A DNA stretch of 49,385 bases, taken from the NCBI GenBank assembly GCA_004356735.1, contig SMWR01000072.1, positions 1 to 49,385 of the forward strand, in the 5' to 3' direction. A program made the translations under genes and the position numbers. This DNA is from Deltaproteobacteria bacterium (GTDB lineage: Bacteria > Myxococcota_A > UBA9160 > SMWR01). Every line of letters begins with the position of its first letter. Position 1 is the first letter of the stretch. Below are positions 18,258 through 26,760 of this stretch, piece by piece. A model generated the notes under the pieces. The model was given only the letters and a program-made list of their open reading frames with translations. It ran no database searches and was not told the DNA's origin.

Positions 18258-19254
18258 AGATCACGCCTTCCAGGCCCTCGAGGCGACTGCGCTTGATCAC
18301 GTGATCCCGGTCGTAATGGAAGGCCGTCATCATCAGCACCGGCAGCTTCGGATGGCGCTGATGGATCGAGCGATACAGCTCATAACCGTCCATCTTGGGC
18401 ATCACGACGTCGGTGAGCACCACGTCGAACGGTGCGTTGTCGAGCTGTCGGAGACCCTCGACACCATCGCCTGCGGTTGAGACTTTGCAGCCCTCGATCT
18501 CCAGGACCTCCTTCATGGTGCGACAGATGCCCAGGTCGTCGTCCACTACCAGGATGCGTAGGCCTTCCAGACGATGATCCGACGCGGGCTCGTAATGGCG
18601 TCGCAGATCGATCATGCGCGACGGGCCCACGTACTGGATCGTCTCGTAGTGCTCGGTTTCCACCATCTGACCCAGGCGTTCGAGGATCTCGCTGATGCGT
18701 CCGATCTCTCGGCGCATGGCGTCGAGGCGCTCGGTCTCCACCGAGGAGTCGCTCTCGCCCGCCAGCCGGTTGATGTCACCCTCGAGTAGCTCGACCTGGT
18801 TGAGGATCACGGCCAGCGGGTTGTTGATTTCGTGGCTGACGCCGATCGCTACCTCACCGAGGGTGGCCAGCTGGTCCTTGCGCAGGATCTCGCGCAGGTC
18901 CTTGGCGAAGCCGATCGTACCATCTTCGCGTTCCTCATCGTCGGTGAGGATGGTTCCCGAAATCGCAACCGGAATTTCTTCACCCGTCTTGGAGAGGAAC
19001 GTGGTCAGGAAGGTCTCGACGATGCGCAAGCCGCCATATTCGGGACTGCGCATGGCGGCCATCACGCGCTTTGCCTCTTCGAGGCTGGGATAGAGCTGGG
19101 CCGAGTAGCGTCCGAGAATCTCATCCTGGGTGTAACCCAGGATCTTCGACGCCCCGTCGTTGTAGTACGAAACCATCCCCTTGCGGTCCGTGGCCACGAC
19201 GATGTCCGTGGACCGCGCGATCAGCTGCTCCAATCTCTCCTTCGTCAGCGCCAC
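18187..19254 (-). CDS. PAS - HisKA(DHp) - receiver protein lacking an HATPase_c domain
   Basis: PAS: IVVATDRKGMVSYYNDGASKILGY. H-box: LGEVAIGVSHEINNPLAVI. Receiver: RILVVDDDLGICR...VLTDVVMPKMDG...KKP. Only about 45 aa separate the DHp helices from the receiver. GTG start. Confidence 0.85.
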   Translation of the reverse strand: MALTKERLEQLIARSTDIVVATDRKGMVSYYNDGASKILGYTQDEILGRYSAQLYPSLEEAKRVMAAMRSPEYGGLRIVETFLTTFLSKTGEEIPVAISGTILTDDEEREDGTIGFAKDLREILRKDQLATLGEVAIGVSHEINNPLAVILNQVELLEGDINRLAGESDSSVETERLDAMRREIGRISEILERLGQMVETEHYETIQYVGPSRMIDLRRHYEPASDHRLEGLRILVVDDDLGICRTMKEVLEIEGCKVSTAGDGVEGLRQLDNAPFDVVLTDVVMPKMDGYELYRSIHQRHPKLPVLMMTAFHYDRDHVIKRSRLEGLEGVIFKKPVDPKRLCEVLIETTSRNRS

Positions 19255-19420
19255 GCCGAAAGCCTAGGACCGGCCCGAGCCGGCGGCAACCAACAACTCG
19301 CGACCGGGGTGTTGTTCGGTGTTTCTCAGCGGTGTAGTCCCACTGGCGTGACCGAAACAGCAGACGCCAAGCGACGTCCGCGCCGCCGGTTCCCACTGCC
19401 ACCGCCCACCGGTATCCCCC

Positions 19421-19446
19421 AAATGGGTGAGAACCCGGACTCACCC
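19421..19446 (-). terminator. candidate intrinsic terminator after the Grx-TrxR gene
   Basis: The minus strand reads GGGTGAG-TCCGGGTT-CTCACCC followed by ATTTGG. The stem is 7 bp and the U-tract is short, so this is weak. Confidence 0.3.
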
Positions 19447-19475
19447 GGGAGTGGGGTCCAGCAACTCTTCGGGTT

Positions 19476-20681
19476 TCACCCGATCTCCTGCTCGGCCAGC
19501 CAGCGCTCGGTGTCGATCGCAGCCATGCAGCCGGTGCCGGCGGCCGTGACTGCCTGGCGGTAGACGGGATCCATGGCATCGCCGCAGGCAAACACACCTT
19601 CGAGATTGGTCCGACTGGTTGACGGCTCCACTTTGATATATCCGAGGTCGTCGAGCTCGACCTGGCCGCGGAAGATCTCGGTATTGGGCTGGTGTCCAAT
19701 CGCCACGAAGACCGCCTCCAGCGGGATCTCGCGCGTCTGGTTCGTCTTCACGTCGCGCAGCCGAACGCCGGTCACGAACTCTTCACCCAGGATCTCGTCC
19801 ACCACCGAGTTCCAGGCCGGCTCGATCTTTTCATTGCCGAGCACCCGTTCCTGCATGATCTTCGAAGCCCGCAGCTCGTCGCGCCGGTGAACCAGAGTCA
19901 CTTTGGTCGCGAAGCGCGTCAGGAAAAGAGCCTCTTCCAAGGCGGTATCGCCGCCGCCGATCACGGCCATCGGCTTGTTGCGGAAAAGCGCCCCATCGCA
20001 GGTGGCGCAGGCCGAGACACCCTTGTTCAAGAGCCGGGTCTCGGAGTCGATGCCCAGCCACTTGGCCGATGCCCCGGTCGCCAGGATGACGGCATCCGCG
20101 GTGTAGGCCCGCTCGGCCGTTCGGATCTTGAACGGCCGTTCCGACAGGTCGACCTCGGTAGCGTCCTCCATCAGGACCTGGGCGCCGAAGCGCTCCGCCT
20201 GCTTCTGGAAGAGCTCCATCATCTCGGGACCGGTCACCCCCTCGGGAAAGCCCGGATAGTTCTCGACATCGGTGGTCAACATCAGCTGACCGCCGAACTG
20301 CAGGCCTGCGATCAGCAGCGGCGCCAGCTCCGCCCGGGCGGTGTAGAGCGCGGCCGTATAGCCGGCCGGTCCGCTCCCGATGATCACCACGCGTCGGTGT
20401 TCCGACTCCATTCGTGTTTCCACCTCCCGCTCGAGCAGCGCGTCCAGTTTCCCAGCGTCTTCCAGGGCCTTCAAGTCGTCGAAGCCGCCCACGTGCTCGC
20501 CCCCAATGAAGATCTGGGGAACGCTGCGACGCCCGCCGCTGCGCTCGACCATCTCTTCCAAGCGGGCGTACGAGGTTTCGACGTCGATCTCGGTCCAGTC
20601 CTGACCCTTCTGGGTCAACAGCCGCTTGGCCATATCGCAGTAGGGACACCATCCCTTGGAGTAGACGATGATCTCGGGCAC
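19476..20681 (-). CDS. trxB: glutaredoxin - thioredoxin reductase in-frame fusion
   Basis: Residues 1-85 form a complete GrxC-like domain (CPYC, TVPQIFIGGEHVGGFDDL). From residue 91, MESEHRRVVIIGSGPAGYTAA...CATCDG...GGGDTA..FACGD is a full low-Mr TrxR. GTG start. Confidence 0.88.
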   Translation of the reverse strand: MPEIIVYSKGWCPYCDMAKRLLTQKGQDWTEIDVETSYARLEEMVERSGGRRSVPQIFIGGEHVGGFDDLKALEDAGKLDALLEREVETRMESEHRRVVIIGSGPAGYTAALYTARAELAPLLIAGLQFGGQLMLTTDVENYPGFPEGVTGPEMMELFQKQAERFGAQVLMEDATEVDLSERPFKIRTAERAYTADAVILATGASAKWLGIDSETRLLNKGVSACATCDGALFRNKPMAVIGGGDTALEEALFLTRFATKVTLVHRRDELRASKIMQERVLGNEKIEPAWNSVVDEILGEEFVTGVRLRDVKTNQTREIPLEAVFVAIGHQPNTEIFRGQVELDDLGYIKVEPSTSRTNLEGVFACGDAMDPVYRQAVTAAGTGCMAAIDTERWLAEQEIG

Positions 20682-20822
20682 AGAAATGGGGTCTCCTCGA
20701 TTCGGTCTCAGAAGGCGAGCTTTTGAAGTTAGCGATTGGATGCCGCCCGAACCATCTGGATTCCTTGGGGAGGTTGTTGAATCTCACGCTGGAACGGGGG
20801 AGAACCGTCGCCGCGCGACAAA

Positions 20823-20839
20823 GGGGTGAGCGTTCAGCC
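20823..20839 (-). promoter_or_regulatory. copy 1 of the 17-nt palindromic motif (minus-strand reading GGCTGAACGCTCACCCC)
   Basis: 16/17 identical to 35726-35742. Lies between the stop of the 554-aa membrane protein gene and the Grx-TrxR start. Confidence 0.6.
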
Positions 20840-20844
20840 GCGAT

Positions 20845-22509
20845 TCAAAGCGGCTCGGTGATGGGAATGTCTTCCCAGAGCAGCTGGAGGAAGGTCCCGA
20901 TGAAGAACGACATGAACGTCATCACGAAGATGGCGGCCGGAAACGTATAGAAGGGTTCGAAGCCCACGATCCTCGGAAGCTGGCCGATGAATGGGGGCAT
21001 CACGTCCCGCAGGGCCTCCAAGGGGAGAGCCGTGTCGCCAGGCGACCAATTGCGCGAAGCCATCAATCCGCCCGTCAGGCCCGTGATGATCAGGCCGATC
21101 CCGAAGGCCTGCAGGACTCCCAGCAGGAAGATCTGACGAGCCCGGGCAAAGGCCAGGTCGACGTCGCCCAGGCGGCGCTGCACTTCGATGTAGATGTAGA
21201 GCAGGGTCACCATCCCGAGCAGGATCGAAACCGAGACCAGGATCACCCAGGACCGGTTGGAAAAGGCCCAGACTTCGTCGATGAAAAAGATCGGCAGGTA
21301 GCCGACGATGATGCCCGCCATGACGCGGGGCACCGATGTGTGGAAGAAAGTGAGATCGCGCTTCCAGCAGAAGCGATAGAGCAGGAACCACAGCACGGCG
21401 GCTCCAGCCACCAACAGCTCGGCCGAACACATCAGGTCGAAGAACTCGGGTGCCCGTTCATAGGCAACACTGGCCGCCAGGAACGGCGCCGACAGCACCG
21501 CCAAGGCGGCCAGATAGTTTCGGGTCTGGTGGCGCGACAGCACCCGATCGGGGTCCACCACGCCCCGCGCCATGTCGTCGCCGTGGTGGATCACCGCAGC
21601 CGCGTAGTCGATATCATACTGGCGCAAGAACCAGCGCCCCAGCTTTTGGAGCACGCGAAGACAGTCGCGGTTGCCCGGTCGACACAGGAACGGCGTCAGA
21701 TCCGCGGGGCGCAGCACCCGTTCCGACCCGGAGACGCCGACGGCACGACGCACCTCTGACTCGCGATCCTCAAAGGGCGAGTTCTCGATCTCGAAGACGT
21801 GATTGTCCTCGTCGAGACAGACATCCTCGAGCCAGCGATAGAAGGAGCGCTCGGCCAGCCGGATGAGCGACCGGTTGACCGCATCCTGATCGCCGCTCTC
21901 CATCGTGTAGAAGAAGCCGGCCTCGGAGAGATCGTCAGCCGGATCGACGGGGTCGATCGTGCCGCGGGTGTAGGCAGACAGGTACTCGGTCGAAACGCGC
22001 CGACGCACCAGCTCGTTCAGGCAGCGGAATACCAGTTTGCGCAGATGGAAGCCTGCCAGACGGATCCCGGGACGTTCGCGCACATCCCGGTCCCCCATGA
22101 AGCGGCTGAGGATCTGGCCGAGCAGCGCCACGTCTTCGTAGACCCGGGTGAGCGCCGTGTCCGCAATGCGCCCCTCGCTCTCCAGGCGGTTGAGCAATTG
22201 CTCGAGATAGCGGGGGATCCCGATGACGAGGCGCGCGATCAACACCTCGGAGTCACGGGCATTTGCCCGTGGCGAGAACAGGCCCGGCTTGCGGGACAGG
22301 TCATCGAGCTGCAGATAGAGCTCGGCCGGATCGTGGCGCTCCGCGTGAAACGAGAAGGTTTCAGGGAACATGCGAACGAAGCCGCTGCCCGAGTCACACT
22401 CGAAACGCACCTCGCGGGCATGAAAGGCGTAGGTGAAGCGAAACGTGAGCTGGAGCCTTTCGAGCCTCAGCTCCAGGCGCTCGAGACCGATCGTGGCAGG
22501 CTCCGCCAC
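20845..22509 (-). CDS. hypothetical protein: ~370-aa soluble N-terminal region plus 6 predicted TM helices
   Basis: Long ORF with coding-like composition. Hydrophobic stretches are NYLAALAVLSAPFLAASVAY, LLVAGAAVLWFLLY, VMAGIIVGYLPIFFI, WVILVSVSILLGMVTLLYIYI, IFLLGVLQAFGIGLIITGLTGGLM and AAIFVMTFMSFFIGTFLQLLW. I recognise no family motif. The GTG start lies 1 nt after the upstream stop. Confidence 0.75.
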   Translation of the reverse strand: MAEPATIGLERLELRLERLQLTFRFTYAFHAREVRFECDSGSGFVRMFPETFSFHAERHDPAELYLQLDDLSRKPGLFSPRANARDSEVLIARLVIGIPRYLEQLLNRLESEGRIADTALTRVYEDVALLGQILSRFMGDRDVRERPGIRLAGFHLRKLVFRCLNELVRRRVSTEYLSAYTRGTIDPVDPADDLSEAGFFYTMESGDQDAVNRSLIRLAERSFYRWLEDVCLDEDNHVFEIENSPFEDRESEVRRAVGVSGSERVLRPADLTPFLCRPGNRDCLRVLQKLGRWFLRQYDIDYAAAVIHHGDDMARGVVDPDRVLSRHQTRNYLAALAVLSAPFLAASVAYERAPEFFDLMCSAELLVAGAAVLWFLLYRFCWKRDLTFFHTSVPRVMAGIIVGYLPIFFIDEVWAFSNRSWVILVSVSILLGMVTLLYIYIEVQRRLGDVDLAFARARQIFLLGVLQAFGIGLIITGLTGGLMASRNWSPGDTALPLEALRDVMPPFIGQLPRIVGFEPFYTFPAAIFVMTFMSFFIGTFLQLLWEDIPITEPL

Positions 22510-22510
22510 G

Positions 22511-23659
22511 TCAGAGGACCGGCTGCTTGGGGTTCTCGCCGGACTCGTAGTACTCCTCGACCTTGCGGCCGAGCTCGCCCACGCGCCCTGGGATCTGGTC
22601 GGGGAGAGGCCAGCGCGCCAACGCCACGCGCATCCGGTCCTGGAGCAGCTGGGCGTCGGGGTAGTCCTCGCTCGCGAGCGCCTGATCGACGTCGAGCCAA
22701 CTGTCGATGGCCGTCACGGTTCGGGACAGGCGTTCTTTGAGGTGGCCGAGACCCGGCGAGTCGATGTGGAGGCCGCTCACTTCTTTGCCAAGGGCCTGGA
22801 GCTCGCGGCGCGCCTCTTCCAAGACCGGCCGCAGCGACCCGGTCGCCTCCATGACCTGGCTGACGACGTCGTCGAAGCGCCGGCGCAGCGGCTCATGGGA
22901 GATTTCGCGAAGCAGGACCACCCGGCCAATGGTTTCGCCCGACGGGTCCGCCAGGTTGTTCACCGCAATCCGCATCCGGTAGGACCGATCCGCCAGGGTG
23001 ATGTCCACTTCCTCGAAGCTGCTCGTCTCGTCGTCCGCCAGCTTGTAGATCGTGCCGGCCATCTCCGAGAGACCGTGGGCATCCAACACCGACTTCAGCA
23101 GCTCACCACGGAGATCACCTTCGAGTGCGAGATAGTCCCGCAAGGGTCGGTTCGCAGCTTGCACCACGCCGTGCGAATCGACTGCCAGGGCGCCGGTGTC
23201 GAGCTGGTCCATCACTGCTTCGAGGTATACGTTGGCGTGTTGGAGATCCTTCAGTAGCCGTTCGTTCTCGGTCGACAGCTCGTAGTGGTTGACCGCCTGT
23301 CGCATCAGCTGCTTCAGGTGGTCGTGCTCCCAGGGCTTGGTGATGTAGGCGTAGACGTGGCCATCGTTGATGGATTCGATGATGGCGTCCATGTCGGCGA
23401 AGCCAGTCAGGATCATGCGGACCGTCGCGGGATGGCGCCGGCAGACCTCGGTCAGAAACTCAACACCGCTCATGTTCGGCATGCGCTGGTCGGTGAGAAC
23501 CGCGGCAAACGGTGCCTGGTCATCCAACTGCTCGAGCGCACGACGAGCGTCCGTCGAGGTATGGACGTCGTACTCGTCTTGGAAGGTAAAGGTCATCGTC
23601 TCGAGGATGGCTTCCTCGTCGTCGACGATGAGAATGCGGGGACGGGAATCGTCTGCCAT
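22511..23659 (-). CDS. response-regulator receiver - PAS-like - helical C-terminal domain protein
   Basis: Receiver: RILIVDDEEAILE..VLTDQRMPNMSG..ITKPW. PAS-like: LDTGALAVDSHGVVQAANRPL..GRVVLLREIS. ATG 23659 shares one base with the upstream TAA (TAATG); alternative GTG at 23665. Confidence 0.85.
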   Translation of the reverse strand: MADDSRPRILIVDDEEAILETMTFTFQDEYDVHTSTDARRALEQLDDQAPFAAVLTDQRMPNMSGVEFLTEVCRRHPATVRMILTGFADMDAIIESINDGHVYAYITKPWEHDHLKQLMRQAVNHYELSTENERLLKDLQHANVYLEAVMDQLDTGALAVDSHGVVQAANRPLRDYLALEGDLRGELLKSVLDAHGLSEMAGTIYKLADDETSSFEEVDITLADRSYRMRIAVNNLADPSGETIGRVVLLREISHEPLRRRFDDVVSQVMEATGSLRPVLEEARRELQALGKEVSGLHIDSPGLGHLKERLSRTVTAIDSWLDVDQALASEDYPDAQLLQDRMRVALARWPLPDQIPGRVGELGRKVEEYYESGENPKQPVL

Positions 23660-24225
23660 TACCACCCGAAGTAGCTGCCGGACTTCCTCTTGGTTGATTC
23701 TTTCGCGATTCGCTTCTCGATTTCCGCGCGAATCCGCCGGCGGTCGGCATCCAAGCGCTTGCTGAGACGATCGCTCCCCGGCTTCGCCCAGGGACGCTGC
23801 TCGGTGGAGTCGCGCAGGGCACGGAACTTCCGGTAGCCCCAGAGCTCGTGCCTGAACTCGTCCTCGATGAACTTGACCATGATGGCATCGTCGAGGAAAC
23901 CCAGCCCGGGAATGTGATCGGGAATCAGGTCGTCCGGGTTCGAAAAGTAGGCGATTCCGGCGAGAACGTCGTTACGCACCTTCTTGGACGCCGCCCAGCC
24001 GTCGTCCTGGATGAGATCGGCCAGATCGGCCAACACGGAGATGGCGTCGGACACGAACTTGGGCGTCCTCTTGTTGGCGTGGACTTGCTTGACGATCGCC
24101 CGAGCGTCCCTGATGATCGTCACAGCGTCGAGGTCCTTGGCACCCCGCTTGGCCTTCCGGTAGATCGACCGGAAGTACTTGGCGTCCTCCTCATCCAACG
24201 TGAATGTGACCTTGAACTTGGACAT
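23659..24225 (-). CDS. DUF1232 (YkvA-like) domain protein, soluble variant
   Basis: DDLIPDHIPGLGFLDDAIMV matches the DUF1232 signature (DLIPDFIPviGylDD). No TM helix follows. Strong SD GAGGAGG 5 nt before the ATG. Confidence 0.7.
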   Translation of the reverse strand: MSKFKVTFTLDEEDAKYFRSIYRKAKRGAKDLDAVTIIRDARAIVKQVHANKRTPKFVSDAISVLADLADLIQDDGWAASKKVRNDVLAGIAYFSNPDDLIPDHIPGLGFLDDAIMVKFIEDEFRHELWGYRKFRALRDSTEQRPWAKPGSDRLSKRLDADRRRIRAEIEKRIAKESTKRKSGSYFGW

Positions 24226-24265
24226 GCTGCCTCCTCGACCGGGAATCCCGGAGCCGGCGACTGTA

Positions 24266-25615
24266 TCAATAGCGTGCGTAGTCGATCAAGCGATGCTTGG
24301 AACGGCCCCATTCGCCCTCCCAGCACGCCAGAACCACCTGCCCTGGACTCCGCCCGAGCTCGAGCTGCTCCAGGATCGGGTCGAGATAACCACACTCGTC
24401 GGGGTCCTTGCGGCCGGAATGGCCGATCCGCCGAAGCCCTCGCCCGGCGATGGCCACCAGCTCTCGTGCCAGCTCCAGAACCGGTTGGCCGCCGAATTCC
24501 GCGGCCAGTCCGCGGCGCGCCACGTCGGCCCGGGCCACGTCTCGCTGCTCGAAGGAGACGTCGGCCACCAGCTTCCAGGCCTCGGCCCTCGCATCGGCAT
24601 CGTAGAGAATGCCTTTCCAGAGGGCAGGAAGTGAGCAGGTCAGACCCGGCGGAACCGCGTCAGCGCCACGGACCTCGATGAAGCGCTTGAGGCGTACATC
24701 GGGAAAGAGCGTCGTCAGATGGCGATCGAAGTCGGCCAGGGTGGCGCGATTCCGGCCGTCGCCATCTTCCACGAAGCGACGGAAGGTCAGCCCATTTCCA
24801 GGCCGATAGGAATCGCCCCGTACGATGAAGAACATCGGAACGTCGAGGGCCCACTCGACATAGTCGCGGTAACCGAAGTCCCGCTCGAAGACGAATTCCA
24901 GCAATCCACAACGATCGGGATCGGTCTGCTCCCAGGCATGTAGCCGCTGCGATACGTAGCCGTTCGCCTTGCCACCTGACAGACTCGCGTTCGCGAAGAT
25001 GGCCGACACGATTGGCGACAGGCCCATGGCAGTCCGCAGCTTGTCGGCCATGTCCGCTTCGCTGGCGAAGTCGAAGTTGGCCTGCACCGTCGCCGTCGCA
25101 AACATCATCTCCAGCGACAGCGCGCCTCGTGTGGGCAGGTACTCACGCATGATCCGGTAGCGGGCCTTGGGCATCACGGGCAGCTCGGTCACTGGATGGA
25201 ACGGATGGATACCGAGGCCCAGCCAGACGATGCCGAGCGGTTCCGAAACCTGCCTCATCAGATCGAGATGCGTGTGGAACTCATCGCAGGTCTCGTGGAT
25301 CGTGCGAACCGGCGCTCCGGAAAGCTCGAACTGTCCGCCCGGCTCCAGTGTGATGCTGGCTTCGTCCTTGGTGAGGGCGATGACATTGCCCGCCTCGAGA
25401 ACCGGCTCCCAGTCCTCATGGCGCATGATCGACTCGAGCAGGGCCCCGATTCCACGCTCTCCCTCGAAACGGACGGGAGAGTAGTCGGCCTCGTGCAATC
25501 CGATCTTCTCATGCTCGGTACCGACACGCCAACGGTCCGCGGGCTTTTCGCCGGACCGGATGAAGTCCACCAGTTGCTCGGTCGATTCGACCGGCGCTTC
25601 GAGATCCAGACTCAT
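24266..25615 (-). CDS. gshA: glutamate--cysteine ligase, GCS2 (plant/alphaproteobacterial) type
   Basis: RVGTEHEKIGL, ITLEPGGQFELSGAP, MFATATVQANFDF and FPDVRLKRFIEVRGAD are typical of GSH1-type ligases. Confidence 0.88.
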   Translation of the reverse strand: MSLDLEAPVESTEQLVDFIRSGEKPADRWRVGTEHEKIGLHEADYSPVRFEGERGIGALLESIMRHEDWEPVLEAGNVIALTKDEASITLEPGGQFELSGAPVRTIHETCDEFHTHLDLMRQVSEPLGIVWLGLGIHPFHPVTELPVMPKARYRIMREYLPTRGALSLEMMFATATVQANFDFASEADMADKLRTAMGLSPIVSAIFANASLSGGKANGYVSQRLHAWEQTDPDRCGLLEFVFERDFGYRDYVEWALDVPMFFIVRGDSYRPGNGLTFRRFVEDGDGRNRATLADFDRHLTTLFPDVRLKRFIEVRGADAVPPGLTCSLPALWKGILYDADARAEAWKLVADVSFEQRDVARADVARRGLAAEFGGQPVLELARELVAIAGRGLRRIGHSGRKDPDECGYLDPILEQLELGRSPGQVVLACWEGEWGRSKHRLIDYARY

Positions 25616-26237
25616 CCACCACTCTCCGGCGCGCGCGCGGGATTCGACTCCGGGTACAGATTCAAATGGAACGGCAGAAACGAGCCGCCCACGACAACAT
25701 GGCGTGCGTATTCGCAGCGGGGCAGCACGCTCAGCAACAGCTTACCAATGTTTCCGACGCAACGGCCCGACGGAATCGGATCTGCTTCGTCGCGATGCTT
25801 CCGCCAGACGCGATCGAATCCGGGTCCGACGTCTCCTTGACCTTGCAGGGCGGGCGTCGCGCAAGTGGGCGGATCGTCAAATCCGGAGGAGAAAGCCAGG
25901 GAGAAGCAACCCTTGCGCAGCACGGCAGCACAACCCACGGATGCCCCCGTCTCCGGTAGAAACCGGCGCGCGGCCCGCCTCGACTCCGATCGACAGCTCA
26001 CAACCGATGGATGCCGCGCGGCGCGCCCGGTTTCGGGCCCCCGACGATGGCTTCCCAACCGACGAGCGGCTCGGGGGCGCCGCCGTCGACCGGCCGGCTC
26101 TCGACGCAAGCCTCGGGGGCATAGGCGGCCAAGGCCAAGCGGACGGCCTCGAGCCTGGGTCCGTAGGTCGTTCCGACGGCGATCCGCCGCACCGCAGCGA
26201 GCACGTCTGCGTCCGGATTCTCGGCGCCGGCCTTCAA
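25612..26237 (-). pseudogene. YjjX/DUF84-like inosine/xanthosine triphosphatase gene interrupted by two +1 frameshifts
   Basis: Three consecutive frames carry the family segments in order. Frame A (26237-26043): RIAVGTTYGPRLEAV..VDGGAPEPLVGWEAIVG. Frame C: GARNRARRAASIGCELSIGVEAG. Frame B: ASVGCAAVLRKG...SSGFDDPP...down to TGA 25612. The switches fall at C5 runs 26038-26042 and 25944-25948. The TTG start overlaps the upstream stop (TTGA), and the stop overlaps the gshA ATG (ATGA). Confidence 0.65.
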
Positions 26238-26677
26238 GGGCTGGCGGCTTCCTCGACGAACCGCTCAAGGAACTCTCCGAGCGCGGCCTCGAATTCGCTA
26301 CCCGCGTCCATCGGAAAGCTCTTGCACGGCCCCTCGACCTTGCCGACGTGGAAGGGCCCGACCAGGGTCACGTCACCGCGCTCCTTGGCGGTGATGACCG
26401 CCTTGTGACGCCCTCGCTGGAGGTTGAACTCCACGGCACGCAGGTGTTTATCGTCCACCCGAACGGGGCTCACTTCGATGCGCAGGTGCGGTGCGCCCGC
26501 ACTGGCAGCGGCTTCGTGGAAACGGTCGAGGGCCGTGGAAACCCGCCCGCGCAGTTCCTCGGCGAATTGACGAGCGCACGCGAGGCTCTCGGAATGGGAC
26601 GCTTCTCGATCGCCAAGCTTGCGACCGAGCTCGGCCAGGCGTGTTTCGAGTCCTGAGCTGGAGGGCGTGGAGGACAT
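26234..26677 (-). CDS. hypothetical protein (147 aa)
   Basis: ORF with balanced composition, coupled (TTGA) to the downstream gene. No motif recognised. Confidence 0.6.
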   Translation of the reverse strand: MSSTPSSSGLETRLAELGRKLGDREASHSESLACARQFAEELRGRVSTALDRFHEAAASAGAPHLRIEVSPVRVDDKHLRAVEFNLQRGRHKAVITAKERGDVTLVGPFHVGKVEGPCKSFPMDAGSEFEAALGEFLERFVEEAASP

Positions 26678-26760
26678 GGCTCGGGGCCGCTCTCCGTGGC
26701 GGAGCCGCTCTGCGAGCGGCTTGCAGTGCGCCGGGGCGGCGCGCGCTGCTGTTGCTGTAC

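Noticed and set aside
19476-20681. Possible selenoprotein (in-frame TGA) among the redox genes, given the presence of selA.
   Set aside because: The Grx-TrxR fusion and the other ORFs read through with Cys codons (CPYC, CATC) and no in-frame TGA. I saw no SECIS-like context in this window.
25612-26268. The 218-aa track ORF taken at face value as one hypothetical protein.
   Set aside because: Its first ~110 residues are Arg-rich nonsense. The YjjX-like N-terminal segments are found in the two other frames (see the pseudogene call).
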